The notes beneath the pieces are model-generated. The model saw nothing but the letters and a program-made list of their open reading frames with translations, did not search any database and had not been told where the DNA came from. From a virus (lineage: Duplodnaviria; Heunggongvirae; Uroviricota; Caudoviricetes): a DNA stretch of 64,000 nt. Shown piece by piece: positions 8,652 to 16,504 of the stretch; within the stretch, counting starts at the first letter, position 1; every line of letters starts with the position of its first letter. A program made the position numbers and the translations under genes. The stretch lies in the IMG/VR virus record IMGVR_UViG_3300029705_006930. One strand, given 5' to 3'.

Positions 8652-8975
8652 ATGGAAGGAAAATTTTTGCTCAATCAGTACACAATTCTGATTGATAAAC
8701 ACGAACTTGCTGAACGCATTGCCGAGTGCGAAAGCACCGCTGTGCTCGAATGTGAACTTATCAACCGCGCCACAACTATGCAACCACAGATACTGCGTAG
8801 TGAAAATAGCTACAGAGAAGCAACAGAACACCACATATATTATCGCAACTCAATTAGCCTTGAACGCAATGCATATAAGGTCACTGTTGTTGGTCTGCAC
8901 AGTCCCGACGGGCTTGAAGAATATGCTATGTTCAACAACACCTTGCGAGATGTCTATATTTCGCTCAAGACATAG
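8652..8975 (+). CDS. hypothetical protein
   Basis: GGGAGAA SD. 107 aa. Confidence 0.6.
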   Translation: MEGKFLLNQYTILIDKHELAERIAECESTAVLECELINRATTMQPQILRSENSYREATEHHIYYRNSISLERNAYKVTVVGLHSPDGLEEYAMFNNTLRDVYISLKT

Positions 8976-8983
8976 GCGAGCGA

Positions 8984-9012
8984 TTGACAAGCAAAATTTT
9001 TTAGCATAAAAT
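8984..9012 (+). promoter_or_regulatory. sigma-70-type promoter TTGACA-17 nt-TAAAAT
   Basis: TTGACA at 8984-89 and TAAAAT at 9007-12. Confidence 0.55.
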
Positions 9013-9076
9013 ACAACCAATGGTTGTTAATATGCAAATATGCAATAGTTTTGCATAAATATTCATATGCAAAATG
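9013..9076 (+). promoter_or_regulatory. cluster of ATGCAAA half-sites and palindromes just downstream of the promoter (putative operators)
   Basis: ACAACCAATGGTTGT; ATGCAAA at 9032; ATGCAAT at 9040; inverted TTTGCAT at 9050; ATGCAAAA at 9067. Confidence 0.45.
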
Positions 9077-9172
9077 TCAACTTTGTGCACTTTGTACAGT
9101 TGATATTTCCATATATTACCAGCAACCAAGCGGTAATGTATACGTTATGATATATGAAAAGGGGGATTAAAT

Positions 9173-9622
9173 ATGGAAATTGAAAATGTAAATAAAAAGT
9201 CGGAGAAAACAACTCAGTATTACAAGGTAAGAGTAATCATATATAGACGTTTGCTGTTTGGATATTATGAAACTTACACAAATTTGATTGATGATGCAGT
9301 ACAGACTGCTGTCACTCAGATGTCGCCAGAGATAATGCATCAAATGTTAGGTGGCAAAGAATACAGTAAATTTTGTAAATGTGTTTATGATATCAAAGGG
9401 TGTAGATGCTATGACATTAATGATGCTCAGGGAATATATTGCTATATTGATTGTGTTGAACAGCCCCGAAAAGATATTGCAAGACAAATTGGTTGGCTTG
9501 AATGTCATTGCAAAGATGATAAAGAAAAAGCATTGCGCAAACATCTGCTTACAATAATCGATACATCAAGAATGAAAGATGGCTTGCGACCAATGTTTGC
9601 CAAACAAATATTAAAATTTTGA
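9173..9622 (+). CDS. hypothetical protein, paralog of 9640-10038
   Basis: Shares YYETYTNLIDDA with YYRTYTNTIDEA in the neighbour, plus a Cys/Trp-rich core. Confidence 0.65.
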   Translation: MEIENVNKKSEKTTQYYKVRVIIYRRLLFGYYETYTNLIDDAVQTAVTQMSPEIMHQMLGGKEYSKFCKCVYDIKGCRCYDINDAQGIYCYIDCVEQPRKDIARQIGWLECHCKDDKEKALRKHLLTIIDTSRMKDGLRPMFAKQILKF

Positions 9623-9639
9623 TAACGAGGTAAACAATT

Positions 9640-10038
9640 ATGGCAAATTCTATAAATGATGAAAAAGTAGTCAAAGTAGAAATGATAAAAAAATTACCTA
9701 ATCATTTTGCTTATTATAGAACATATACTAATACAATTGATGAAGCACAGAAAATAATGATAACAGATACGTACAATAGTATTTTGTATTGTATGATGAA
9801 TTATAAATCAGCGAGAACTATATTAAAACCGGGAGAAATTCATTGTTATACTTTGCATAACCTTCGTGGAAGTTGGTGTTGGTGTTCCATTGTTTCTAAA
9901 GAAGATGCTAATAATAATCCAGCAACAGAAGTAGATATCCCATCACTTAATCAAGAAGACATTGATAATTATTGGCATATAATATGTAAATTTGTAAAGC
10001 AACATAACAAAGAATTTAAGGAACAAATATTTGGTTAA
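9640..10038 (+). CDS. hypothetical protein, paralog of 9173-9622
   Basis: See 9173-9622. GAGG SD. Confidence 0.65.
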   Translation: MANSINDEKVVKVEMIKKLPNHFAYYRTYTNTIDEAQKIMITDTYNSILYCMMNYKSARTILKPGEIHCYTLHNLRGSWCWCSIVSKEDANNNPATEVDIPSLNQEDIDNYWHIICKFVKQHNKEFKEQIFG

Positions 10039-10087
10039 ATATAGCACTCATACTGAGTGCTCTTTTTATATAAAAAGGAGGTCAACT

Positions 10088-10339
10088 ATGAAAAATGTAA
10101 TTAGTCCAAACAATCACCTTGGTGATACAGCAGAACAGGCTCTTGCCAATGCAATCATTGTTAAGGCTGCTGAAGACTATCGTGCTGCAAAAACAATCTT
10201 GCAGAAACAGCCGGACAATAAGGGAGCACTGATTGAAATTGACAGTCTGCTGAAATTTTTCCGCAGTGATTGGTTTAAAGTACTCACAAAAGTCAAGGCT
10301 GAATTTCTTATCAGCAAACTTGATGCTGAATTTGCATAA
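10088..10339 (+). CDS. hypothetical small protein, distant paralog of 20291-20626
   Basis: AGGAGG SD before ATG 10088. Shares A-x-(E/R)-(D/E)-Y-R-x-A, FF-x-S and SKL-x-AE with 20291-20626. Confidence 0.6.
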   Translation: MKNVISPNNHLGDTAEQALANAIIVKAAEDYRAAKTILQKQPDNKGALIEIDSLLKFFRSDWFKVLTKVKAEFLISKLDAEFA

Positions 10340-10352
10340 GGGGGCGGTACCA

Positions 10353-10445
10353 ATGAAAATAAAACGTAAGCTCCTGAGGGCAATCCGCAAAACATACAAA
10401 CACTTGCACTATGCTTTTTGGGATGTATGCAATGCAGACTACTAA
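10353..10445 (+). CDS. possible 30-aa basic peptide
   Basis: GGGGG SD 9 nt upstream. Short ORF only. Confidence 0.25.
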   Translation: MKIKRKLLRAIRKTYKHLHYAFWDVCNADY

Positions 10446-10481
10446 TGTCACACACAATATGAGCAAAGGGGGAGAATAAAA

Positions 10482-11450
10482 ATGTTCACCAATATGACAG
10501 AGTTTGTGCGAGCGTACAGACAGGGCTGTCGATTTTTATATGCATCATTTGGTTTTGATTTTTCAAAGCCAGTAATTTTTTACAAGACGCGAGGGCCGAT
10601 AACAATTCGCAAACTGGTGCAAAACATTGGCATCTCACACGAGACACATAAAATCGTTATGATAATGCAACAGCCAAATGCAGGACGCACTTGGGAGCGG
10701 AGTCCAAGACTTATAGAAATAAATGCAGAAAACAATTTTGAAATCAATAATTTTAGGCGCAACTATTCTGACCGTCGTATCTCGTATCTGTTTGATAATT
10801 TTAACAGAAAAATAGATGCAAACACTTGGCGTCGTCTAGAAGAAACTATAATTTGGGTTGTAGCTCAACGCAAAGAGCATATTAAAGAAGCACAACCATA
10901 TAGAACACAGCCACAGCCAGAACCATATGTGCGTTATCAGCCGTATACATTGCGCAGTGCTACTAGTTACTCAAGTATAACATTGATACCATATGACAGA
11001 AACAAAGTGTCTGTTTATAAAGGTTTTCAGCCCGGAAAATGGCCACATAAATTGTCAGAAATACAAGACAAAAATGGCTACTACATATATGATATGCGCA
11101 CCAAGTATGCCAACAAAGTAGAAGAAATAAAAGCACAGCGTCGCAAACGCTTGGTTGACAATTATCCCTTTGACGGTATTATTGAAAAGTTTGAAGCTGA
11201 ATATATGGCAGCCAAAAATGAAGTAGCATATTGTATTTTATCGACAGATAACTATACAGTATTGTCTTTAGCTTCGACCGCATTGGGATACATATCATCG
11301 ACGAATAATGCAATCAATACGTTTAAATATCAGGTACAGAAGAAAGTATTCAAAGATATGGACGAAGCCAAACGACGTCGTGCAGATGTTGAAAATAAAA
11401 TAGTTTCGATGAAACGCAGTGTTGCAAATATGCGTTCAACAATGTACTAA
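10482..11450 (+). CDS. hypothetical protein (322 aa)
   Basis: GGGGGAG SD. Confidence 0.7.
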   Translation: MFTNMTEFVRAYRQGCRFLYASFGFDFSKPVIFYKTRGPITIRKLVQNIGISHETHKIVMIMQQPNAGRTWERSPRLIEINAENNFEINNFRRNYSDRRISYLFDNFNRKIDANTWRRLEETIIWVVAQRKEHIKEAQPYRTQPQPEPYVRYQPYTLRSATSYSSITLIPYDRNKVSVYKGFQPGKWPHKLSEIQDKNGYYIYDMRTKYANKVEEIKAQRRKRLVDNYPFDGIIEKFEAEYMAAKNEVAYCILSTDNYTVLSLASTALGYISSTNNAINTFKYQVQKKVFKDMDEAKRRRADVENKIVSMKRSVANMRSTMY

Positions 11451-11500
11451 AGCGCAAGCTTAAAATAAAAAATTTTATTCACATGAAGGAGAACACAACA

Positions 11501-11866
11501 ATGAATGATTTTATTCAGATGGCAGAAAATCTTATGAGAGAAAATGCTGAACTCAGAGCAGAAAATGCGCGCTATAGAGAGCGCTTGAACGAGGCGCACG
11601 AAGTGACTGCGCCAATTGAACCGCAGAAATGTCTGCGTGATATCATCGCACCACTTGTGGAAAAATACGATGACAAAACAATTCACAATGTAAGCACATT
11701 CCGTCGTGTCTATGAAGAAATGGACATTGACTGGTCGGCTGAAGTTGTGAACTGTATTAAGGCACACAACCTGACACGTATTCCACATAAGGCATACATA
11801 GTAGAAGTTTCACCAGTTTTGACCGCCGAGTTTGAACGCGTGGTGCATTTGCTCTTGGCACAGTAA
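11501..11866 (+). CDS. hypothetical protein with N-terminal coiled-coil-like segment
   Basis: ATG 11501 after GAAGGAG. Confidence 0.6.
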   Translation: MNDFIQMAENLMRENAELRAENARYRERLNEAHEVTAPIEPQKCLRDIIAPLVEKYDDKTIHNVSTFRRVYEEMDIDWSAEVVNCIKAHNLTRIPHKAYIVEVSPVLTAEFERVVHLLLAQ

Positions 11867-11913
11867 AGGAGAATACATATGAAAAAGATTTTTTAATTTT
11901 TTAAAAAAAGCTA

Positions 11914-11942
11914 TTGACAAATTGATATGTAAAGTGTATTAT
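11914..11942 (+). promoter_or_regulatory. sigma-70-type promoter TTGACA-17 nt-TATTAT
   Basis: TTGACA at 11914-19 and TATTAT at 11937-42. Confidence 0.6.
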
Positions 11943-11948
11943 GTAGTT

Positions 11949-12080
11949 GAAATAACATACAGCTCATCTTTTTGAGACTGCTTTATTTTTTACAATAATA
12001 ACATACAAATCATCTTTTGTAGCTTTTAATCCTTGATTAAGGAAATATTTTTTTTAAGCAAATAACACACAAATCATCTG
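11949..12080 (+). promoter_or_regulatory. three direct copies of the 19-nt motif ATAACAYACARMTCATCT(T)
   Basis: Copies at 11952-11970, 11998-12016 and 12062-12079. Two further copies lie at 39956-39974 and 40011-40029. Confidence 0.7.
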
Positions 12081-12098
12081 TCAAAAGGAGAAATTGCA

Positions 12099-12224
12099 AT
12101 GTTACGTATTGTTAATGATAGGGGACACCTCCTCGCATATTGCGGAAACAAATTTCTTGTTTCGGCAGACAACGAGCGCGAAATGCAAAAAGAACTTGCA
12201 GAGCTCGGTTACACAATGACATAA
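12099..12224 (+). CDS. hypothetical 41-aa protein
   Basis: AAAGGAGAA SD. First gene after the motif array. Confidence 0.45.
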   Translation: MLRIVNDRGHLLAYCGNKFLVSADNEREMQKELAELGYTMT

Positions 12225-12280
12225 AGGCAAGCCGGCCTTTATATATACAAACACTATTTTTTATAAAAGGAGATTTTAAA

Positions 12281-12727
12281 ATGGCAAAACTTAATCTTAC
12301 AGCAAATGTGCTGTCCCTTGAATCCGCACTTAAACTCGAAGATATCAAAAACGCAATGCGTTGGTGTCCAGATGCTCTCACAGTTATGGACGAAAAAGGC
12401 GAAGAAGAACTCTTCTCTGTTGCTGCAGGTACTTCAAAAGGTTATATCTCACCATACGGCATCACATTTGCTGCTGCAACAGTTCGTGGTGGTAAAGCTT
12501 GCTACACACGCGAAGTTGCACCAGGCACAGAAATGAAAGATATTGCTGAAGTTGTGCTCGCTGAATATGACAAACCAAAAGCATATCTTGAAGTTGTTGA
12601 AGCTCAGGTTGCTGAAGCTCTCGCAAAAGTTGCTGAACGTAGAACAGCTATTATGGCTGAACTTGCTGGCGAATGCGAATGTCCAGACTGCACACCAGAC
12701 TGTCCAACAGCACAGGGCGAAGAATAA
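12281..12727 (+). CDS. hypothetical protein with C-terminal CxCxxCxxxC cluster (first gene of Ubl/JAB/E1 cassette)
   Basis: ATG 12281 after AAAGGAG. C-terminus GECECPDCTPDCP. Confidence 0.65.
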   Translation: MAKLNLTANVLSLESALKLEDIKNAMRWCPDALTVMDEKGEEELFSVAAGTSKGYISPYGITFAAATVRGGKACYTREVAPGTEMKDIAEVVLAEYDKPKAYLEVVEAQVAEALAKVAERRTAIMAELAGECECPDCTPDCPTAQGEE

Positions 12728-12850
12728 TCTTCGCCCAACCTAAACAAACTTATCCGCAATTTAACCCAATATTTTCCATTAACATTAACAAACTTTTAAA
12801 CCGAAATCGTTAACAAACAAACTTAAACACATAAAAGGAGATTAAATATT

Positions 12851-13078
12851 ATGCTTAGAATTTATGTTGGTACAAACACAAACCGTACAGCTTACACACT
12901 TTCCCCAGAAACAACCCTCAGAGCAGCTTTTGAAACTGCAGGCGTGAACTATGAAATGGGTACCGCAACTCTTGATGGTTCCACACTTCAGCCGGGCGAC
13001 CTTGACAAGTCTTTTGCAGACTTCGGCATCACAGGTACAGCTTACCTCCTGAGCATTGTTAAAGCAAACAACGCTTAA
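12851..13078 (+). CDS. ubiquitin-like / ThiS-MoaD-like beta-grasp protein (75 aa), C-terminus KANNA
   Basis: Its size, alternating pattern and the LDGSTLQPGDLD...YLLSIVK segment resemble ThiS/MoaD. It sits in an operon with JAB and E1. There is no terminal GG. Confidence 0.5.
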   Translation: MLRIYVGTNTNRTAYTLSPETTLRAAFETAGVNYEMGTATLDGSTLQPGDLDKSFADFGITGTAYLLSIVKANNA

Positions 13079-13093
13079 TTGATTTTACCTATA

Positions 13094-13115
13094 GGGGCGG
13101 GAGCAATCCTGCCCC
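13094..13115 (+). other. stable 9-bp hairpin with GCAA tetraloop between the Ubl gene and the next gene
   Basis: GGGGCGGGA-gcaa-TCCTGCCCC. Confidence 0.7.
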
Positions 13116-13139
13116 AATCTTTAAAGAGAGGAGCTCAGT

Positions 13140-14540
13140 ATGGCACACACATTTAAAAAATGGATGATAAAAGCCATTCCATATGACAACTTGTTTGACA
13201 TATCGGTGGACTTTGAGAATCCATTCCCGACCGATAATCGTCGCGATGCTACACTCGCGGCTGCATTTCACTGTTTGATTAAAGACAGAATTCCAGAGGG
13301 GGTTAATCGCATTGTAGTGCGTGATATCCACTCATATGACTGCAACGTGAGAGACATTTTTGACTATTATGAGGTTGAAAATGGTTTCAAAAGTTGTATT
13401 TTTTACTACGCAGATTGGGACAATGTGAATCTGCAGAGCAAAATTACATTGCCAAATGAATGGGAAGCTCAGGAAATTGCAAGCAAATTTACTGGATGTT
13501 ATGTTACAAATCACGTATCAAAACAATTGATGGTTATCTTTATTCCGAGCAACTATAACCTTGAAACTTGGCATAGACTTGGTGCATTGTTACCAAAATA
13601 TCCAGTGCTCGAGGATATGTGGGCAGCAAAACCACTTACCGAAGATGAACTCAAGATGTTGAAATCACTGTCAACAGACGGTGTAGATTTTGACACATAT
13701 ATAAAAGCGTGGATTGCGACACTCGACCTGCGCACATCCGCAATCAAAAAAATGTTCAACAAATTCATTATTGATAACATCGAGGAACAGATACGCAATG
13801 CCGAAGATAGACGTAGAAGCCTTGAAAACAATATCACAGACTATGCTGCGAGACTGGCAAGGCTGTATAGCGACCTTGACGGTGTTATTGAAATGATAAA
13901 CCGTCTTATGATAGGTGATGACACTGTTGAAGAAAAAGAAAAGAGACTTATCGAATTCTTGTTAACAAACAAAAATGTTGAGCCAATCAGACGTCGCAAT
14001 GACCGCGTTGAATTCAATGTTCACGCAGCAATTGACTGTTGGGATAACGATATGTTCTCATCTTATATCAATAATCACAACAGTTTATTGTATCGCCATA
14101 CAAGCAGATATTCATATGACCAGTTGAAACGTTTTTATGAGCAGGCATTGTTTGCCGGTCGCTTTAAAATTCAGGGCATTGCTAAATTTGAAATTGCAGC
14201 AACAGGTAATGTGAGACCAATTTCAAAAAATGGGCATTGGCCATCAGCTGAAATCGAAAACTGTATTCCAAATACACATGTGGATAAATTCACTTGTATT
14301 GGTAATCACAGACGTATGCTGGATGATGCTGCAAAAATTCGTGACTATGAACAGGCAATTTTGATTGCTATTCAGATTACACAGTCAGTTAACTGGTCGG
14401 ATGGTGCAGTTATGAATCACTTTATTCCTGAAGTGTTGCACTGTGAACGTCCAATTCTTACAGACAGAACAGGCAATACATACACTGTTGCACAGGTAAT
14501 AAGCATACTTGATGCCGAAATAAAGGAGGTTGAAAAATAA
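13140..14540 (+). CDS. hypothetical 466-aa protein of the Ubl cassette (central coiled coil, function unknown)
   Basis: GAGAGGAG SD. Overlaps the JAB gene as ATAATG. Confidence 0.7.
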   Translation: MAHTFKKWMIKAIPYDNLFDISVDFENPFPTDNRRDATLAAAFHCLIKDRIPEGVNRIVVRDIHSYDCNVRDIFDYYEVENGFKSCIFYYADWDNVNLQSKITLPNEWEAQEIASKFTGCYVTNHVSKQLMVIFIPSNYNLETWHRLGALLPKYPVLEDMWAAKPLTEDELKMLKSLSTDGVDFDTYIKAWIATLDLRTSAIKKMFNKFIIDNIEEQIRNAEDRRRSLENNITDYAARLARLYSDLDGVIEMINRLMIGDDTVEEKEKRLIEFLLTNKNVEPIRRRNDRVEFNVHAAIDCWDNDMFSSYINNHNSLLYRHTSRYSYDQLKRFYEQALFAGRFKIQGIAKFEIAATGNVRPISKNGHWPSAEIENCIPNTHVDKFTCIGNHRRMLDDAAKIRDYEQAILIAIQITQSVNWSDGAVMNHFIPEVLHCERPILTDRTGNTYTVAQVISILDAEIKEVEK

Positions 14541-15475
14541 TGAAACCAATAAGATTGACCGATGATGTAAAAGCGGCTATTCTTGATAAATTTGCAAAAC
14601 AGCTGAGCACGGTTGTACGTGCTTCAACTATTACATTCACACATACGCCAACAGTGGTAAGCACACCGTTAGGCAAAGATGAAAAAGTGCTGATTACTTA
14701 TACAGCAGAAGCATTCCGCAAGCAGCAGATGCTTATTCAGAGTTTTGACAGTGAAGTGGCTTGGCACGGTGTTGTTGAACGTGAAGATGCAAAGCATTTT
14801 ATTATTACAGATATCGTAGTATATCCCCAGACTGTTACCGGCTCAACTGTTGAGATGGACGAAGACAAATATGCTCTTTGGACAATTCAGTTCGGTCGTG
14901 AACACGGCGAAGAAACATTCCAGAAACTGCGTATGCAGGGACATAGCCACGTGAATATGGAATGTTTTGCAAGTGGTACAGACTCTAAACACCAGGATGA
15001 CATCTTGGCAACAACTGACCCAAATGGGTTCTATATTTTCATTATTGCCAATAAAAAAGGCAAATTCTGGAGCACTATTTTCGACCTCGAAGCAAATGTT
15101 CAGTATGAAAATGCTGACATCGAAATCGAGTATGAGGAAGATGAGTACGATGAATTTGTAAGTGCAGCAGAAAGTGTGGTTGTAAAAAAGACTTATACAC
15201 CACCTTACAACTATGGCAATGGCTATCACAACAACGGAGCAGGGTATTCATACGGGGCAAGCGCTTATTCTCAGAAGCCACCTCAGACTCCGCCTATGCC
15301 AGTGCTTCCGACAAATACACAGCCAAAAACAAGCACAAACGAAACAAACACAAAGGCAAACACAAACACAAAAAAGGACGATAAATCCATTGAAGAAGAT
15401 ATCACCAATCTTATTCAGATGTCATTGAACGATATGGAATGGGATGAAGTTGGTGGATGGACAAGCAAAATGTAA
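14540..15475 (+). CDS. JAB/MPN+ (JAMM) metallopeptidase with Pro/Thr/Asn-rich C-terminal region
   Basis: DSEVAWHG (Glu) followed by HSHVNMECFASGTD, which fits H-x-H-x7-S-x2-D. Confidence 0.8.
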   Translation: MKPIRLTDDVKAAILDKFAKQLSTVVRASTITFTHTPTVVSTPLGKDEKVLITYTAEAFRKQQMLIQSFDSEVAWHGVVEREDAKHFIITDIVVYPQTVTGSTVEMDEDKYALWTIQFGREHGEETFQKLRMQGHSHVNMECFASGTDSKHQDDILATTDPNGFYIFIIANKKGKFWSTIFDLEANVQYENADIEIEYEEDEYDEFVSAAESVVVKKTYTPPYNYGNGYHNNGAGYSYGASAYSQKPPQTPPMPVLPTNTQPKTSTNETNTKANTNTKKDDKSIEEDITNLIQMSLNDMEWDEVGGWTSKM

Positions 15476-15484
15476 GGAGAAATT

Positions 15485-16174
15485 ATGGACTTAAGTAAAT
15501 CACTTGACTGGTTTAATCCAGACAGCGTTTCGGAACGCATACATATTATCGGATGCGGTAGTGTAGGTAGTACAGTTGTGGAACTGTTGGCAAGATTCGG
15601 TCTTACAAAGTTCACTCTGTATGATTTTGACCTTGTTGAACCTCACAATATCGCAAACCAGATGTTCAGAAAAACGGACATTGGTAAAACAAAAGTTGAA
15701 GCATTGCAGCAGATTGTATGTGAAATCAATCCAGAGGCGGGCAAAGATATTAAACTTGAACCAGAAGGTTGGCACGGACAGCAGTTGTCTGGCTATGTAG
15801 TTCTTGCTGTTGATAGCATTGAATTGCGTAAAAAGATTTGTGAAGGTTTGCAGATGAATATCTTTGTTAAAGCTGTGTTTGATTTCCGTACAAGTTTGCT
15901 CAACGCACAGCATTATGCAGCCAATTGGCAGGACAAAAAACATCGTGATGACCTCATTGCAACAATGCAGTTCACCGATGAAGAAGCTGCGGCTGAAAAC
16001 CCAGTATCAGCGTGTGGTGTAACACTTGGTGTCGCACCAACAGTAAGACTGATATGCACACTAGGCGTAAGCAATATGATGAACTTTTTCAGAGAAAAGA
16101 AATTGAAAAAAGTTGTATTGGCAGACGCATTTAATTTTGATGCTGACCCTATGGTATTACCTATGGGTCAATAA
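15485..16174 (+). CDS. ThiF/MoeB/E1-like adenylyltransferase
   Basis: IIGCGSVGSTVVELLARFGL...LYDFDLVEPHNIANQ is a Rossmann GxGxxG and adenylation motif. Confidence 0.8.
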   Translation: MDLSKSLDWFNPDSVSERIHIIGCGSVGSTVVELLARFGLTKFTLYDFDLVEPHNIANQMFRKTDIGKTKVEALQQIVCEINPEAGKDIKLEPEGWHGQQLSGYVVLAVDSIELRKKICEGLQMNIFVKAVFDFRTSLLNAQHYAANWQDKKHRDDLIATMQFTDEEAAAENPVSACGVTLGVAPTVRLICTLGVSNMMNFFREKKLKKVVLADAFNFDADPMVLPMGQ

Positions 16175-16216
16175 TACACAATAAGAGAAATGTTTATGGT
16201 GAATATTGCACATTGT

Positions 16217-16500
16217 ATGGCAAGCTTTTGCTGTTAGCAGAAGTAAAGAAATGGTAGAGAACATAGAGGCAGGCGCTTAAGGAGCACGCTGAGGTGATTC
16301 CTAAGTACTGCAGCTTCTTGCATCCGACGAGCTCTGAAAAGGTAGGTTTAACAGGAGGATTGGATTACTTACAAGTGAAATTAACCAGTTCAAACCGTAA
16401 AGCTCATCTGAAATTAACGATAAATCCCAGATTTGCATCTCTTTTATCCGGGAATGAAGGGCTTAAAACTATAGCTAGACCATAAACAAGATAGGGAGGA
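16217..16500 (+). ncRNA. structured non-coding leader upstream of the RT (module A)
   Basis: Hairpin at 16225-43, GAAATGGTAG at 16248, enclosing stem 16217-24/16317-23. No SD-led ORF. Confidence 0.5.
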
Positions 16501-16504
16501 CATT

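Noticed and set aside
8319-8834. Long antisense ORFs, for example 8319-8834(-), 21637-22101(-), 29514-30005(-), 15500-15943(-) and 54888-55328(-)
   Set aside because: Each is antisense to SD-led, motif-bearing or operon-coupled plus-strand genes. They are typical Phe/Ile/Cys-rich shadows in AT-rich DNA.
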